From: an uncultured cyanobacterium
GTDB taxonomy: Bacteria > Cyanobacteriota > Cyanobacteriia > Pseudanabaenales > Pseudanabaenaceae
DNA: 64,000 nt
Direction of reading: 5' to 3'
NCBI GenBank assembly: GCA_963703315.1
Contig: OY969811.1
Span: forward strand, 1,056,001-1,120,000
Within the stretch, counting starts at the first letter, position 1. The number at the start of each line of letters is the position of its first letter. The notes beneath the pieces were generated by a model. That model had not been told where the DNA came from. It did no database searches and worked only from the letters and a program-made list of their open reading frames with translations. Positions 47,367 through 59,150 of this stretch are shown here, piece after piece. Made by a program: the position numbers and the translations under genes.

Positions 47367-47745
47367 CGCGCGATTTATTATGTTGTTTTTATTAAAATTT
47401 TTATGCTATTTCAAGCTTAAATTCAGATTGATATTAATAAAATGATTTAAAAAATGATTTAAAAAAATTAGAATAGCCTACTTAGAAATCCCCCTAATCT
47501 GAAACATATATATTTTCAAGTCTGTGATTAACAGAATTGCTTCGTTCTGCAAAGGCAGGACAAAACTTGGTTAATTTATATAAGCCATGAAAATGCTACA
47601 GGTAGAGGTAATAAGAATTTTGTTAATCAGTTTATAACCTCTCAAAAGATAACTACCTAAAAATTAAAAAAAATATGTAATTTTTAACACTAGCCCCAAT
47701 CATTAGCCAATAAAAAAAGCAATCTATAACATTTTTACTTTTTGC

Positions 47746-48186
47746 TCAGGAATCGCTAAGTAACCTTTCTAAAATCTCTTGAGTAATCAAGTTCCCCTCT
47801 TGAACTAGTAACTCTCCTGTTAAAGGATGGTAGATATTGCGTGGGGCAAGTCGATTTTTTAGTCTGGAAAAAATTTGAACTAGTTTTTTGTCGGTTTTAT
47901 TATCTAAATAAAATACAACTCCATCGGCTACCACTGAAGCTTGACAGGTCAGACGATAAAGAGATAAATCGCGGCGCGTATTCTTGAGGGTTACTTGTTC
48001 TAAGGACTGCATAGGACTAAGGCTATTTGCACCATCAAAAACCCTTAAAGCGCAAGTCCCGCAAGTTCCTTGTCCCCCACAGGTTGCCGCTAATTCTACT
48101 TTGGCGTGTTTAAGCGATCGCCACAATGCATTTTTGGCAGAGACGTTGATCGTGATTCCTAGAGGTTCAAGTTTAATACGAGGCAT
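47746..48186 (-). CDS. 2Fe-2S ferredoxin paralogue with C-terminal extension
   Basis: CGGQGTCGTC...RLTC; tail HPLTGELLVQEGNLI. Confidence 0.85.
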   Translation of the reverse strand: MPRIKLEPLGITINVSAKNALWRSLKHAKVELAATCGGQGTCGTCALRVFDGANSLSPMQSLEQVTLKNTRRDLSLYRLTCQASVVADGVVFYLDNKTDKKLVQIFSRLKNRLAPRNIYHPLTGELLVQEGNLITQEILERLLSDS

Positions 48187-48260
48187 AGAGATGATAATTC
48201 TGCCAAAAAAGCTTAATGATTATACCAAAGCACAAAATGACTATGCCATTTTGTGCTTTA

Positions 48261-48507
48261 TAGCTGTAGTCATTTATGTTAGGACAAAACCAAAACCCAA
48301 AAGAGAGTGGCGGTGCGAAGCGCCGCCACTCTCTTTTGGGTTTGAAGAAAAAAGCTGTACTCTCATGAGTGCAGCTTTGCTTTTGTAGAGTTTATATAGC
48401 TGTTGCCATTTACATCAGGACAAATCAAAAAACTAGAAGCGAGTGGCGGCGCTTTGGGTCGCCACTCGCTTCTAGTTTTTGTGTCCCAAAAAGACTGATG
48501 ACAGCTA
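48261..48507. mobile_element. Two adjacent family-A MITE copies (48261-~48343 partial; 48397-48507 complete)
   Basis: TAGCTGTAGTCATTTATGTTAGGACA left end; second copy TAGCTGTTGCCA ... GACTGATGACAGCTA with TA flanks. Confidence 0.78.
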
Positions 48508-48536
48508 TAGATTGCCTCTAGTGGAGATTCGCAAAT

Positions 48537-50540
48537 CTAACCGAGAACCTTGCGAGAGGTTGCCACAACGTTGTCAACGGTGAAGCCAAACTTCTCATAA
48601 ACTACAGGACCTGGAGCCGAAGCACCGAAGGTATCCATACCGATCACTGCGCCTTCAGAACCGACATACTTGTGCCAGCCAAAGGTGCTGCCAGCTTCAA
48701 CACTGACGCGCTTCTTAACGGATGTAGGAAGTACAGATTCTTTATACTCATCAGATTGCTCATTGAAGAGTTCTTGACAAGGCATAGAGACTACACGCAC
48801 AGCCTTACCTTCGCCCGCGAGAATTGCCGCAGCCTTAACAGCTAGATCAAGTTCGGAACCTGTAGCAATAATAATTAACTCAGGATTAGGAGCATCAACA
48901 ACGGTATAAGCACCCTTCTTAGCGCCTTCGATGGAAGTACCAGCAAGGTTCTTCACATTCTGACGAGTGAATGCGAGGAAGCTAGGACGCTTACGGTTGG
49001 CGATCGCCACTTGGTAAGCCGCTACAGTTTCGTTAGCATCGGCAGGACGGATGGTCAAGGAGTTAGGAATTACACGCAAAGATGCAATGGTTTCTACGGG
49101 TTGGTGCGTAGGTCCATCTTCACCGAGCATTACGGAGTCGTGGGTGAGGATGTACAATGCACCGATTTCTGCTAATGCCGAGAGACGCATTGCGCCACGC
49201 ATATAGTCAGCGAATACGAGGAAGGTTGCACCATAGGGAATTGTGCCGCCGTGAAGCGCCATACCATTCATGATTGCGCCCATACCATGCTCACGTACAC
49301 CAAAGCGGAAGTTACGACCTTCGTAAGAACCGTATTGGAAATCAGCTAGCCCTTTAACGTAGGTCATGTTGGAGTGAGCCAAGTCAGCAGAACCACCCAA
49401 GAATTCGGGAAGTACTGGAGACAATGCATTCAAGCAAGCTTCAGAAAGAAGACGGGTTGATGTTTCCTTTTGAGCAACGGGTTCAAGAGCCTTTTCCCAA
49501 CCTTCAGGAAGTTCACCAGCCATGATCCGCTTGAATTCAGCAGCTTCCGCAGGATATGCCTTTTCGTAAGCAGCAAAGCGCTCATTCCATTCTGCTTCAG
49601 CCTTAGCGCCCTTATCGATCGCTTGACGGAAACGGGTAAGCGCATCGGCAGGTACATCAAAAGGCTCATAAGTCCAACCGAGGTTAGCGCGGGTTGCAGC
49701 AACTTCATCGCCACCGAGAGCCGCACCGTGAACGCCAGCAGTACCAGCTTTCTTAGGAGAGCCATAACCGATGGTGGTGGTGACAACTAGCAAGCTGGGC
49801 TTGTCGGTGACAGATTTAGCTTCGGCAAGCGCCTTAGCGATCGCATCAAGGTCTTCATTACCGTCAGCAACCTTAACAACGTGCCAACCGTAAGCTTCGT
49901 AGCGCTTGCCGACATCTTCAGTAAATGCGAGGTCGGTGCTGCCATCGATGGAGATGCTGTTGCTGTCGTAGAGCATGATCAGCTTGCCAAGCTTGAGGTG
50001 ACCACCTAAGGAAGCCGCTTCGGAAGCAATGCCTTCCATGTTGCAACCATCACCAAGGATGACGTAGGTATAGTGATCAACGATGTTGTGACCAGGTTTG
50101 TTGAAGCGAGCTGCTAAGTGTGCCTCAGCGATCGCCAAACCAACAGCATTACCAACACCTTGACCGAGAGGACCTGTGGTGACTTCGACACCTGCGGTTT
50201 CAAAGTTTTCAGGGTGTCCGGGGGTGGGGCTACCCAACTGACGGAAATTTTTGATGTCTTCGATGCTGACGCTGTCATAGCCAGTCAAGTGCAGCAAGGA
50301 GTATTGCAACATACAGCCATGTCCTGCGGAGAGGACAAAGCGATCGCGATCGACCCACTTAGGATTTTTAGGATTAAACTTTAAAAACTGATCGAACAGC
50401 ACAAAAGCCATTGGTGCTGCGCCCATCGGCAGACCGGGGTGACCAGATTTTGCTTTTTCGACCGCATCGATCGATAAAAAGCGGATGGAGTTAATGCAGA
50501 GTGTCTCAAGGGTTTGAGGTTTCGAGGGTGCAGCGACCAT
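48537..50540 (-). CDS. tkt: Transketolase
   Basis: [33 protein letters not shown]. Confidence 0.97.
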   Translation of the reverse strand: MVAAPSKPQTLETLCINSIRFLSIDAVEKAKSGHPGLPMGAAPMAFVLFDQFLKFNPKNPKWVDRDRFVLSAGHGCMLQYSLLHLTGYDSVSIEDIKNFRQLGSPTPGHPENFETAGVEVTTGPLGQGVGNAVGLAIAEAHLAARFNKPGHNIVDHYTYVILGDGCNMEGIASEAASLGGHLKLGKLIMLYDSNSISIDGSTDLAFTEDVGKRYEAYGWHVVKVADGNEDLDAIAKALAEAKSVTDKPSLLVVTTTIGYGSPKKAGTAGVHGAALGGDEVAATRANLGWTYEPFDVPADALTRFRQAIDKGAKAEAEWNERFAAYEKAYPAEAAEFKRIMAGELPEGWEKALEPVAQKETSTRLLSEACLNALSPVLPEFLGGSADLAHSNMTYVKGLADFQYGSYEGRNFRFGVREHGMGAIMNGMALHGGTIPYGATFLVFADYMRGAMRLSALAEIGALYILTHDSVMLGEDGPTHQPVETIASLRVIPNSLTIRPADANETVAAYQVAIANRKRPSFLAFTRQNVKNLAGTSIEGAKKGAYTVVDAPNPELIIIATGSELDLAVKAAAILAGEGKAVRVVSMPCQELFNEQSDEYKESVLPTSVKKRVSVEAGSTFGWHKYVGSEGAVIGMDTFGASAPGPVVYEKFGFTVDNVVATSRKVLG

Positions 50541-50908
50541 AGTTACAATTGCTTAGAAAAATTTTGTACTCAATCAGGTACATTTTCCCTCAAAACTGTC
50601 CCATAACAATAACAAATTTTAATATTTGGTAGCGTCCTACTCAATTTAGGTTGACATCTATAGGGTAGACGCGGCATGAACGGTCTTGTCATATAGGAAA
50701 TATCAAACCATAAAACCTGTGGCGCACGCGCAGAGTGCGTTACAGGTTTTAGATTGTGCCGAGATAATTATGGGGTGTATCGAAATCCAAACAATTGTTA
50801 CGGCATCTTAAAATCAGTGATCCCTAACAATTTAAGTATTACCATATACACAGATAGGAAAAAGATCCTAAACAAAGTTCTCTAGATATTCCTCTAAAGG
50901 TGATAGTT

Positions 50909-51055
50909 ATGAACGGCTTAACACAAAAATTCATTAATATGGTGGAATATTTAAGCGATGCGATCGCCAAAATTTTCACACCGAGTAAAGACGATTTTCC
51001 TGCTACGGGCGCACAGCCCTACAACGGCGATCCCGCATCGGAACATTCCAAATAG
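50909..51055 (+). CDS. atpT: 48-aa small protein, probable ATP synthase inhibitor AtpTheta (Norf1)
   Basis: MNGLTQKFINMVEYLSDAIAKIFTPSKDDFPATGAQPYNGDPASEHSK; RBS AAAGGTGA; hairpin follows; amphipathic helix plus DDxPxTGxQP motif. Confidence 0.7.
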   Translation: MNGLTQKFINMVEYLSDAIAKIFTPSKDDFPATGAQPYNGDPASEHSK

Positions 51056-51089
51056 AAAAAAGAGAGGTGCGTTGCACCTCTCTTTTTTT
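51056..51089 (+). terminator. Intrinsic terminator after the small ORF
   Basis: aaaaaagagaggtgc-gtt-gcacctctctttttt. Confidence 0.7.
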
Positions 51090-51180
51090 ATCCCAAGAAG
51101 TGAGTGGCGGCGCGATGCGCCGCCACTCACTTCTTGGGGTATAGCTATAATATCGTTAACTTTTTTAGAGATGCTTCTCG

Positions 51181-52362
51181 ATGACGCAAAACTTATTCCC
51201 AATGCCGCCATTAGCATCGCTAAACCCTTATCAATGGGCAAGAAAAAACTTATTTAGCAGTTGGTTTAATAGTCTCCTCACCGTTTTTTGTGTATGGTTC
51301 ATCTATCAAGTTGCTGGAGGACTATGGATTTGGGCAACAACCAAAGCCCAATGGACAGTTGTAAGTAGCAATTTACGGTTGCTTTTGGTGGGGCTGTACC
51401 CTGTAACTGAGTTTTGGCGGTTGTGGATTGTTTTAGCGATCGCAGGTTTACTTTCAGGCATCTCATGGGGACTATGGGGCAGATTTAGCCGTAACGTAGC
51501 GATCGCGATTGGTTCTTTATCCATAGCCCTTGCGATTTTGCTACCCGTTGATTTGGCATTCAAAATTTTGACTTTAGCCATTAGTGGCGCGATCGCCATC
51601 GGTTTTCTGATTGGTCAGCAATCCAAGCGGTTTAATCAAAGTTCTCTAATTTTGGCGATCGCTTGGTTATTATCTTTACCGACTTCTCTATGGTTGGTGG
51701 GCGGCAATTGGGGACTAGTTCCTGTCGATGTGAATGTTTGGAATGGATTGGTTTTAACTTTAATTATTGCAATCTCAGGCATTACTTTTTCTTTTCCATT
51801 GGGCGTATTACTAGCTTTAGGAAGACAAAGCACATTACCCCTGATCAGGTTATTCTGCATCTTTTATATTGAACTCGTGCGCGGATTACCCCTCATCGGC
51901 ATTCTGTTTATGGCACAGGTGATGTTGCCCTTATTTTTACCCTCAGGCTTAGAAATTGATCGAGTATTAAGAGCGATCGCCGCTTTTGTTCTATTTAGTG
52001 CGGCTTACCTTGCCGAAAATGTGCGTGGTGGTTTGCAATCAATTCCTAAAGGACAAGCGGAAGCTGCGAGAGCATTAGGGTTAAATATCCCCTTGACAAT
52101 TACTTTAATCGTCTTACCCCAAGCTCTCAAAGCCTCAATTCCTGCAATCGTCGGTCAATTTATTGGTTTGTTTAAAGATACTTCGCTAGTAGCGATCGTG
52201 GGTTTAATAGATTTAATGGGTGTGGCGAGAACGGTACTATCCCAGCCAGAATTTATCGGTCGATATGCCGAAGTCTATCTCTTTGTCGCTTTAATTTATT
52301 GGACATTCTGTTTTTCGATGTCGCAACTTAGTCAGAAGTTAGAAAGGAAGTTGCAAAATTGA
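51181..52362 (+). CDS. Amino acid ABC transporter permease (AapM/NatH-like)
   Basis: W..KNLFSSWFN, YIELVRGLPLI, AENVRGGLQSIPKGQAEAARALG, FKDTSL. Confidence 0.9.
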   Translation: MTQNLFPMPPLASLNPYQWARKNLFSSWFNSLLTVFCVWFIYQVAGGLWIWATTKAQWTVVSSNLRLLLVGLYPVTEFWRLWIVLAIAGLLSGISWGLWGRFSRNVAIAIGSLSIALAILLPVDLAFKILTLAISGAIAIGFLIGQQSKRFNQSSLILAIAWLLSLPTSLWLVGGNWGLVPVDVNVWNGLVLTLIIAISGITFSFPLGVLLALGRQSTLPLIRLFCIFYIELVRGLPLIGILFMAQVMLPLFLPSGLEIDRVLRAIAAFVLFSAAYLAENVRGGLQSIPKGQAEAARALGLNIPLTITLIVLPQALKASIPAIVGQFIGLFKDTSLVAIVGLIDLMGVARTVLSQPEFIGRYAEVYLFVALIYWTFCFSMSQLSQKLERKLQN

Positions 52363-52390
52363 TAACTCACCTTACGCAGAGCAAAGATCT

Positions 52391-52499
52391 GCCCTCATCC
52401 CCCAGCCCCTTCTCCCAGAGCGGGAGAAGGGGAGAAAAATAAATTTATAAAAGTTTTCTTGTCCCCCTCTCCTGCGGGAGAGGGGCTAGGGGTGAGGGT
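52391..52499. repeat. GC-rich dispersed palindromic repeat (CCCTCAxCCCCAGCCCC...GGGGCTxGGGGTGAGGG)
   Basis: Terminal inverted arms plus two internal hairpins; second copy inside mnmE. Confidence 0.8.
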
Positions 52500-52506
52500 C
52501 TTACAC

Positions 52507-53934
52507 CTATTTGCCAATACAAAATCTACTAAAAATCTGATCTAAAACTGATTCTGTAACTTCTTCGCCAGTAATCTCGCCGATCGCACTGATTGCTGAC
52601 CGCAAATCAATCGTCCAGAAATCAAGGGGCAAATGATCGGCGATCGCTATTTGGACATTATCTAAGGATTGGACAACTCTCAACAAACAAGCTTTTTGGC
52701 GTTGATTAATCGCAACTTCCAGATTAGCAGCAGCGATCGCCTCTTGTTGGATACATTTTAGAATTGCCGCTTCCAAATCTTCAATTCCCTGTTGTTGAGC
52801 CGCCGCCGTTTTGACAATGGGAATGCCCTCACCCCCCAGCCCCCTCTCCCATGAAGGGAGAGGGGGAGTAAGAGTGTATTCTCCTCTCACTATGGCAGAG
52901 GGGCTGGGGGTGAGGGCAAGATCAATCTTATTCATCACCAAAATCACAGGGCGATCGCGAATAATTTCGTAGATTTCAGTATCTTTTTCAATCCAGCCAA
53001 CACTGGCATCAATGACCATTAAGACTAAATCAGCGGACTGGGCGGCTAGGCGCGATCGCTCAACCCCGATTTTTTCTACTACATCTTCTGTTTCCCTAAT
53101 CCCCGCTGTATCGAGAACTTGAATAGGAATGCCACCGACTACCAATTGCGAATCAACCACATCGCGAGTTGTCCCTGGTAAGTCAGTCACGATCGCCCGA
53201 TCGCTGCGACTCCATGCATTCAAAAGACTGGATTTACCGACATTAGGACGACCGACAATTGCTACTTTAAGACCTGTTCGTAATAGTTCACCGCGATCAG
53301 CAGTTGCTAAAATCTGTTGCGATTCTTGAGAGACAGTCATGATCTCTGCCTTGACCCATTCGACATCAAGAGGAGGCAAATCATCTTCAAAATCAATTCT
53401 TGCTTCAATTTCCGTTAAGACATTGAGGCATTTACCACGCAAATATTTTAAGGAATGGGCAAGTTTGCCTCGGAGAGAAGCGATCGCCGATTGGGCTGCC
53501 TGAGCAGACTTTGCCCCCACGAGATCGTTAATACTTTCTGCTTGGGTGAGGTCGATTCTGCCATTGAGAAAAGCCCGTAAACTAAATTCTCCTGCTTCCG
53601 CAAGTCTTGCGCCATGCTCTAAACAAAGGTTTAGCACCTGTTGCACTGCCATAATTCCACCATGACAGTGAAATTCCACCACATCTTCACGAGTGAAGGA
53701 ACGTGGTGCTTTCATTAATAGAAGTAAACTTTCATCGATAATTGTATTAGTTAATGGATTGCGAATATAGCCGTAGAGAATACGATGACTTTCCCAAGTT
53801 TGTTTCCCTCCCGCGCTGAAAATTTGCTGGGCGATCGCCACAGCGCGATCGCCTGATAATCTCACAATACCCACACTTCCTTGTTGAGGAGAAATAGCAG
53901 TAGCGATAGCCGCGATCGTGTCAGATAAACTCAT
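52507..53934 (-). CDS. mnmE: tRNA modification GTPase MnmE (TrmE)
   Basis: [50 protein letters not shown]. Confidence 0.97.
   Translation of the reverse strand: MSLSDTIAAIATAISPQQGSVGIVRLSGDRAVAIAQQIFSAGGKQTWESHRILYGYIRNPLTNTIIDESLLLLMKAPRSFTREDVVEFHCHGGIMAVQQVLNLCLEHGARLAEAGEFSLRAFLNGRIDLTQAESINDLVGAKSAQAAQSAIASLRGKLAHSLKYLRGKCLNVLTEIEARIDFEDDLPPLDVEWVKAEIMTVSQESQQILATADRGELLRTGLKVAIVGRPNVGKSSLLNAWSRSDRAIVTDLPGTTRDVVDSQLVVGGIPIQVLDTAGIRETEDVVEKIGVERSRLAAQSADLVLMVIDASVGWIEKDTEIYEIIRDRPVILVMNKIDLALTPSPSAIVRGEYTLTPPLPSWERGLGGEGIPIVKTAAAQQQGIEDLEAAILKCIQQEAIAAANLEVAINQRQKACLLRVVQSLDNVQIAIADHLPLDFWTIDLRSAISAIGEITGEEVTESVLDQIFSRFCIGK
52825..52917. repeat. 93-bp in-frame copy of the palindromic repeat inside mnmE
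   Basis: gccctcaccccccagcccc...ggggctgggggtgagggc; encodes [31 protein letters not shown]. Confidence 0.88.
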
Positions 53935-54000
53935 GCGATTTTTTTATAATTAAGAGAAATATAAACTATTTAAAAACAATCCACCAATGGAATGAATTGA

Positions 54001-54089
54001 GGACTTACGCAAAAATGACTGCAAACCCGCATCTCATCGTTGAAGCAATTCATGAGTTGCCTCGACATTTTATTATTTTGCCTAAGTCC
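54001..54089. mobile_element. MITE-like element (GGACTTACGCA ends)
   Basis: GGACTTACGCAAAA ... TTTTGCCTAAGTCC, internal gcaattcatgagttgc; related copy at 62636. Confidence 0.65.
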
Positions 54090-54419
54090 CCAAAATAATA
54101 TTCAAGCAAGTTTTCGTAATGTTTTACTAAGCTTTGTTGTCTAAGATATAGAATAGAATTAGGACATAAAGAAACAAAGTTTATATTAAAATAAAAGACT
54201 AACTTTGCATTATGTAGGGGAATAAGACACTTTTTAGTTCAAGGCAGTTCAAGGCAATAGATGATCAATATAGGTGCAATCTCTGAATTGCATCTAACTA
54301 GCATACCTCATCAATTTGCACAGTCCTAGTTAGGAGCCATCAGTGGCTTTCAATCCATTGAGGTATGTCAATTTATTATCTATTGTTGAATTAACTTCGC
54401 ACTTGGGTGTTCTGAAATT

Positions 54420-57400
54420 ATGCTTATGTTTACTAATAGTGATTTACCAACTTACCCAGACAAGCGTAAAAACCCTACAAATAAAGTGACAAAGAAAAAA
54501 TCGAATAATGGTATTAAAGAGTCTTTACGACTGCATCAAGCAATTTTAGACAGTGCTAATTATTCTATTATTGCCACCACAATTGATGGGGTGATTTGTG
54601 CATTTAATGCAACGGCTGAACGATGGCTAGGGTACTCAGCATCAGAAATGATCGGGAAATGTACTCCTGAACGGTTTCATGATCCTCTAGAAGTTCAACA
54701 ACGGGCGATCGCTTTAACCGAGGAGTTAAATCAACCTATCCCTGTCGGTTTTGAGGTATTTATCGCCAAAGCAAAATTAGGTCAAATAGAAGAAACTCAA
54801 TGGACATATATCCGCAAAGATGGTTCGCGATTTTCTGTAAATTTGTCCATATCTGCATTACACGATGAAAATCATAACATCTCTGGATTTTTGGGAGTTG
54901 CTAATGATATTTCAGAACGAAAACAAGCTGAAGAAAAACTATATAAAACCTTACGAGAGTTAGCATTTCAGAAATTTGCTCTTGATCAAGCGGCAATCGT
55001 GGCAGTCACAGACTTAGATGGGGCAGTTACCTACGCAAATAGTAAGTTTTGCGAGATTTCTGGCTATAGTGAAGAAGAATTATTAGGAAAAAACCATCGC
55101 TTTATTAATTCAGGCTATCATTCTAATGAATTTTTTGCCGATTTGTGGGACACAGTTGCTACTGGTAAAGTCTGGCGGGGCGAAATTCGGAATAGGGCTA
55201 AAGATGGTTCCTTTTATTGGACTGACAGCACGATTATTCCTTTGTTAGATGAAAGAAATAAACCCACACAATATTTAGCGATTCGTTTTGATATTAGCGA
55301 TCGCAAAAAATTTGAAGCAACTCTCCGCCTACAAGAACGGGCGATCGCCGCCAGCCACAACGGCATTGTTATTACTGACAATCGCCTGATGAACAACCCA
55401 ATTGTCTATGCAAATTCTGCCTTTGAAAAAATTACAGGTTATTCATCTAGTGAAGTACTAGGTAAGAATTGTCGTTTTTTGCAAGGAGGTGATGTTTTTC
55501 AAGCTGAAAAAGAAATCATCCGAACCGCAATTATTAAGTGTGAGCCTTGTACTGTTGTTATTAGAAACTATCGCAAAGATGGTTCTTTATTTTGGAATGA
55601 ATTAAATATTTCGCCAATATTAGATGAGCGGGGTAACGTAACCCATTTTATCGGTATTCAAACAGACATCACTGCCCGCAAAGAAGCAGAAAAAGATTTA
55701 AAAAGGCAAATGCGGCTTACAGTTTTACTGAATCGCATTACTGACGAAATTCGTCAAAGTCTTGATGTTGAAAGCATTTTTCAAACTGCTGCCCATCAAA
55801 TTCAAATCGCTTTCCATGCAAGTCGTTGTCTTATCTATAAATTAGAATATTCACAGGAAGACTTAAATTTACAGCCTAAAGCGTCTCTAATGTCAGAGCA
55901 ATTAGCTGAAAGAATTTTTTCGGTTAAAGACATTGAATTACCTTTATTAAACAGTGCATTTGGTCACAAAATTTCTAGTCAAGATAGTGTGGTTGCGATT
56001 ACCAATGTTTATACTGAACCTGATTTAGATGATTTTGGTGATTTATTTTATCGAATGCAACTGCGATCGCTACTTGCAATTCGCACTTCATCGCATGGTG
56101 TGACTAACGGCATTATTTTGTTACATCATTGTAATAGCTTTCATGAATGGACACTTGAAGAAAAAGAGTTAATTGAATCAGTTGCTAATCAAGTCAGTAT
56201 TGCCTTATCACAAGCCCATTTACTCATTCAAGAAACTCGTCAACGTGAGCAGCTTACTAAACAAAATGCTGAATTAGAAGAAGCCCGTAATATTGCTGAA
56301 GCTGCCAATCGTTCTAAAAGTGACTTCTTAGCAACGATGAGTCATGAAATTCGTACCCCCATGAATGCCGTAATTGGGATGACTGGAGTTTTACTAGATA
56401 CTAATTTAACGAAAGAGCAGCGTGAATTTGTCGAGATTGCTAGAAATGCTGGTACGACATTACTAACAATTATTAATGATATTTTAGACTTTTCTAAAAT
56501 TGAATCAGGGCATCTGGAGTTAGAAGAACAAACTTTTGATCTGCGAACTTGCTTAGAAGGTACAATCGAGTTACTATCGGCAAAGGCGATCGAAAAAGAA
56601 ATTGAACTGGGTTATTTTATTCATCCCGATGTGGAATTAATCATCATTGGTGATATGACCCGCTTGCGTCAGGTCTTAGCTAATTTAATTGGTAATGCAA
56701 TTAAATTTACTAGTCGTGGTTCTGTGAACATTTCCATTACACAGCAGCTAGTATCACATTATGCTCGTTGTGATCTGCGCGATCATCACGAAGAAACCAA
56801 TTTATTAAGAACTTTACAATTTGAGGTTAAAGATACGGGCATTGGTATCCCTAGCGATCGCTTACATCGATTATTTCAACCATTTAGTCAAGTCGATGCC
56901 TCTACGACAAGGCAATATGGTGGTACTGGGTTAGGACTTGCCATTAGTAAACGTCTATGTGAACTTATGGGTGGCACAATGTGGGTTGAAAGTGATGTCC
57001 ATCAAGGTTCCACTTTTTATTTCACAATTACTGTCCCTGTAACTAATTGGGAGCAGCCTCCAGTTATTCGTATTGCTGATCTACAGACGATTTCATCAAA
57101 AAGCCCCCAAACGATTCCTCAATCTCTAGATTATGTAGGTGATCCCGTCAGAGATGCTCGAACGCAGGTAACCCAAATTCCCAGAAAGCTAAATCAGCCA
57201 AGTTTTCACTTTGACCCACTCATGGCAAGAAATCACCCATTGAGGATTTTGTTAGCCGAAGATAATGTGGTCAATCAAAAAGTGGCGATCCATATTCTCG
57301 AACGGATGGGCTATCGTGCTGATGTTGTGGCTAATGGATTAGAGGTGTTAGCAGCACTTTCGCATCAGACCTATGACCTGATTTTTATGGATATGCAAAT

Positions 57401-57986
57401 GCCTGAAATGGATGGTCTAGAAGCAACTAAGCAGATCAGTCTCAATCAGCAAAATGGTACGCTTAAGATCAAGCCGAGGATTGTGGCGATGACGGCGAAT
57501 GCAATGCAAGGCGATCGCGAAATTTGTCTTGCAGCAGGTATGGATGACTATCTCAGCAAGCCGATTCGTAATTCTGAGCTTGTACGTGTATTGGCAGAAT
57601 GCCCGTCACTGACACTAAATAAATCTTCAAGTTTAGTCTCTTCAGTGAATATGGAAATTCTCCATGAAGTGGCTAATGATATTGGTGGTAAAGATCCAGA
57701 GTTTTTGGTTGAGCTAATTGATAGTTATTTAGATAATACGCAATCACTCCTCCAAGAGCTATATACTAGCTTTGTAGAACAAGATTTTGAAGTTATGCTG
57801 CGGACAGCCCATACTTTGAAATCTAGCAGTAGTGTCATTGGGGCGGAAGATCTATCAGCCTTATGCCGTGAACTAGAGACAAATCTACGCAACCAAAAAT
57901 ATGAGGATTTAGATAACAAAATTAGTAAAATTACCGATGAATATACCCATGTTCAATCTGCATTAGAGCAAGAGAAATATCACTAA
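54420..57986 (+). CDS. Hybrid histidine kinase: PAS-PAS-LOV-GAF-HisKA-HATPase-REC-HPt
   Basis: [12 protein letters not shown]-box [37 protein letters not shown]; HPt AHTLKSSS. Confidence 0.93.
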   Translation: MLMFTNSDLPTYPDKRKNPTNKVTKKKSNNGIKESLRLHQAILDSANYSIIATTIDGVICAFNATAERWLGYSASEMIGKCTPERFHDPLEVQQRAIALTEELNQPIPVGFEVFIAKAKLGQIEETQWTYIRKDGSRFSVNLSISALHDENHNISGFLGVANDISERKQAEEKLYKTLRELAFQKFALDQAAIVAVTDLDGAVTYANSKFCEISGYSEEELLGKNHRFINSGYHSNEFFADLWDTVATGKVWRGEIRNRAKDGSFYWTDSTIIPLLDERNKPTQYLAIRFDISDRKKFEATLRLQERAIAASHNGIVITDNRLMNNPIVYANSAFEKITGYSSSEVLGKNCRFLQGGDVFQAEKEIIRTAIIKCEPCTVVIRNYRKDGSLFWNELNISPILDERGNVTHFIGIQTDITARKEAEKDLKRQMRLTVLLNRITDEIRQSLDVESIFQTAAHQIQIAFHASRCLIYKLEYSQEDLNLQPKASLMSEQLAERIFSVKDIELPLLNSAFGHKISSQDSVVAITNVYTEPDLDDFGDLFYRMQLRSLLAIRTSSHGVTNGIILLHHCNSFHEWTLEEKELIESVANQVSIALSQAHLLIQETRQREQLTKQNAELEEARNIAEAANRSKSDFLATMSHEIRTPMNAVIGMTGVLLDTNLTKEQREFVEIARNAGTTLLTIINDILDFSKIESGHLELEEQTFDLRTCLEGTIELLSAKAIEKEIELGYFIHPDVELIIIGDMTRLRQVLANLIGNAIKFTSRGSVNISITQQLVSHYARCDLRDHHEETNLLRTLQFEVKDTGIGIPSDRLHRLFQPFSQVDASTTRQYGGTGLGLAISKRLCELMGGTMWVESDVHQGSTFYFTITVPVTNWEQPPVIRIADLQTISSKSPQTIPQSLDYVGDPVRDARTQVTQIPRKLNQPSFHFDPLMARNHPLRILLAEDNVVNQKVAIHILERMGYRADVVANGLEVLAALSHQTYDLIFMDMQMPEMDGLEATKQISLNQQNGTLKIKPRIVAMTANAMQGDREICLAAGMDDYLSKPIRNSELVRVLAECPSLTLNKSSSLVSSVNMEILHEVANDIGGKDPEFLVELIDSYLDNTQSLLQELYTSFVEQDFEVMLRTAHTLKSSSSVIGAEDLSALCRELETNLRNQKYEDLDNKISKITDEYTHVQSALEQEKYH

Positions 57987-58051
57987 ACTCTTTGGGGTAA
58001 ACTAATTACTGTTACTGCCCCAGCATTAACCAGTACTGTCCTAACTATGTA

Positions 58052-59080
58052 ATGACAATCGACGATATTAGCGATCACAATAAGTATCTGCATCACGAAA
58101 TAAATACTTTAGACGCATCATCATCTGAACCTGCTCTGATTTTAATTGTCGATGATGATTTATTTATGCGAAAGATTTTGGTGCGTTATTTGGAGCGCGA
58201 AAATTATCGTGTGGTTGAGGCGGCTAATGGGATGGAGGCACTCAAGCTATATCAAGAATATCAGCCAGATATGATTTTGCTGGATGCGATGATGCCAATT
58301 CTGGATGGATTTGAATGTTGCGATAGACTTCAGAAGCTGCCGAATGGTGATCACACCCCCGTTTTAATCATTACTGCCCTTGAAGATCGCGAGTCTGTTG
58401 ATCGTGCCTATGAAGTCGGTGCTTCTGATTATGTAACTAAGCCAATCCATTGGGCAGTCTTGAGACAGCGTGTACGCCGCTTACTAGACCAAGCAAATTT
58501 ACGTCACCAAATCGAAGCTGCTAACCAAAGATTAGCAGTCGTTGTCAAGGAGTTGCAGCGCTTAGTGGCGATCGATGGCTTGACTCAAGTAGCCAATCGT
58601 CGCTGTCTAGATGAACATCTCGAACAAGAGTGGAGACGAGCTATTCGAGAGCAAATTCCCATCTCCTTAGTTTTGTGTGATATCGACTTTTTTAAAAACT
58701 ATAACGATAATTATGGTCATCAAGAAGGTGATCATTGTTTACAAGAAGTTGCTCAAGCAATCAGTAAAACTACAAATCGTCCTGCGGATTTAGTTGCTCG
58801 CTATGGTGGGGAAGAATTTGCGATCGTTTTGCCGCACACCGATGCTCAAGGAGGGATAAATGTGGCGCTTCGCGCTACCGAAATTGTGCGATCGCTAAAA
58901 CTGCCCCATGAATATTCTAAAGTTTCTAATTATGTAACGATTAGCTGTGGGGTTGCTACCCTTTTTCCCACTCAAGATTCTCAAGTTATCAATCTCATGA
59001 AATCTGCCGATCGCGCCCTATACCAAGCTAAAGCTGAGGGACGCAACTGCGTAAGACAGAGTATTTTAGTGCCAGATTAG
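58052..59080 (+). CDS. Response regulator diguanylate cyclase (REC-GGDEF)
   Basis: [28 protein letters not shown]-site, RYGGEEF. Confidence 0.93.
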   Translation: MTIDDISDHNKYLHHEINTLDASSSEPALILIVDDDLFMRKILVRYLERENYRVVEAANGMEALKLYQEYQPDMILLDAMMPILDGFECCDRLQKLPNGDHTPVLIITALEDRESVDRAYEVGASDYVTKPIHWAVLRQRVRRLLDQANLRHQIEAANQRLAVVVKELQRLVAIDGLTQVANRRCLDEHLEQEWRRAIREQIPISLVLCDIDFFKNYNDNYGHQEGDHCLQEVAQAISKTTNRPADLVARYGGEEFAIVLPHTDAQGGINVALRATEIVRSLKLPHEYSKVSNYVTISCGVATLFPTQDSQVINLMKSADRALYQAKAEGRNCVRQSILVPD

Positions 59081-59150
59081 CGCTATAACAAGACTGGCGA
59101 CAGCTATAATATGGTACGGTCAAGCTGATTGCTACATGAGAACTTAGAGT

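Noticed and set aside
47367..47745. Very AT-rich gap as an origin or hidden gene
   Set aside because: No DnaA-box cluster, iterons or credible ORF seen; likely promoter DNA.
50951..51257. ORFs 50951-51241 (-) and 50958-51257 (+)
   Set aside because: They run through palindromic repeats and overlap the better-supported 48-aa gene and the permease start.
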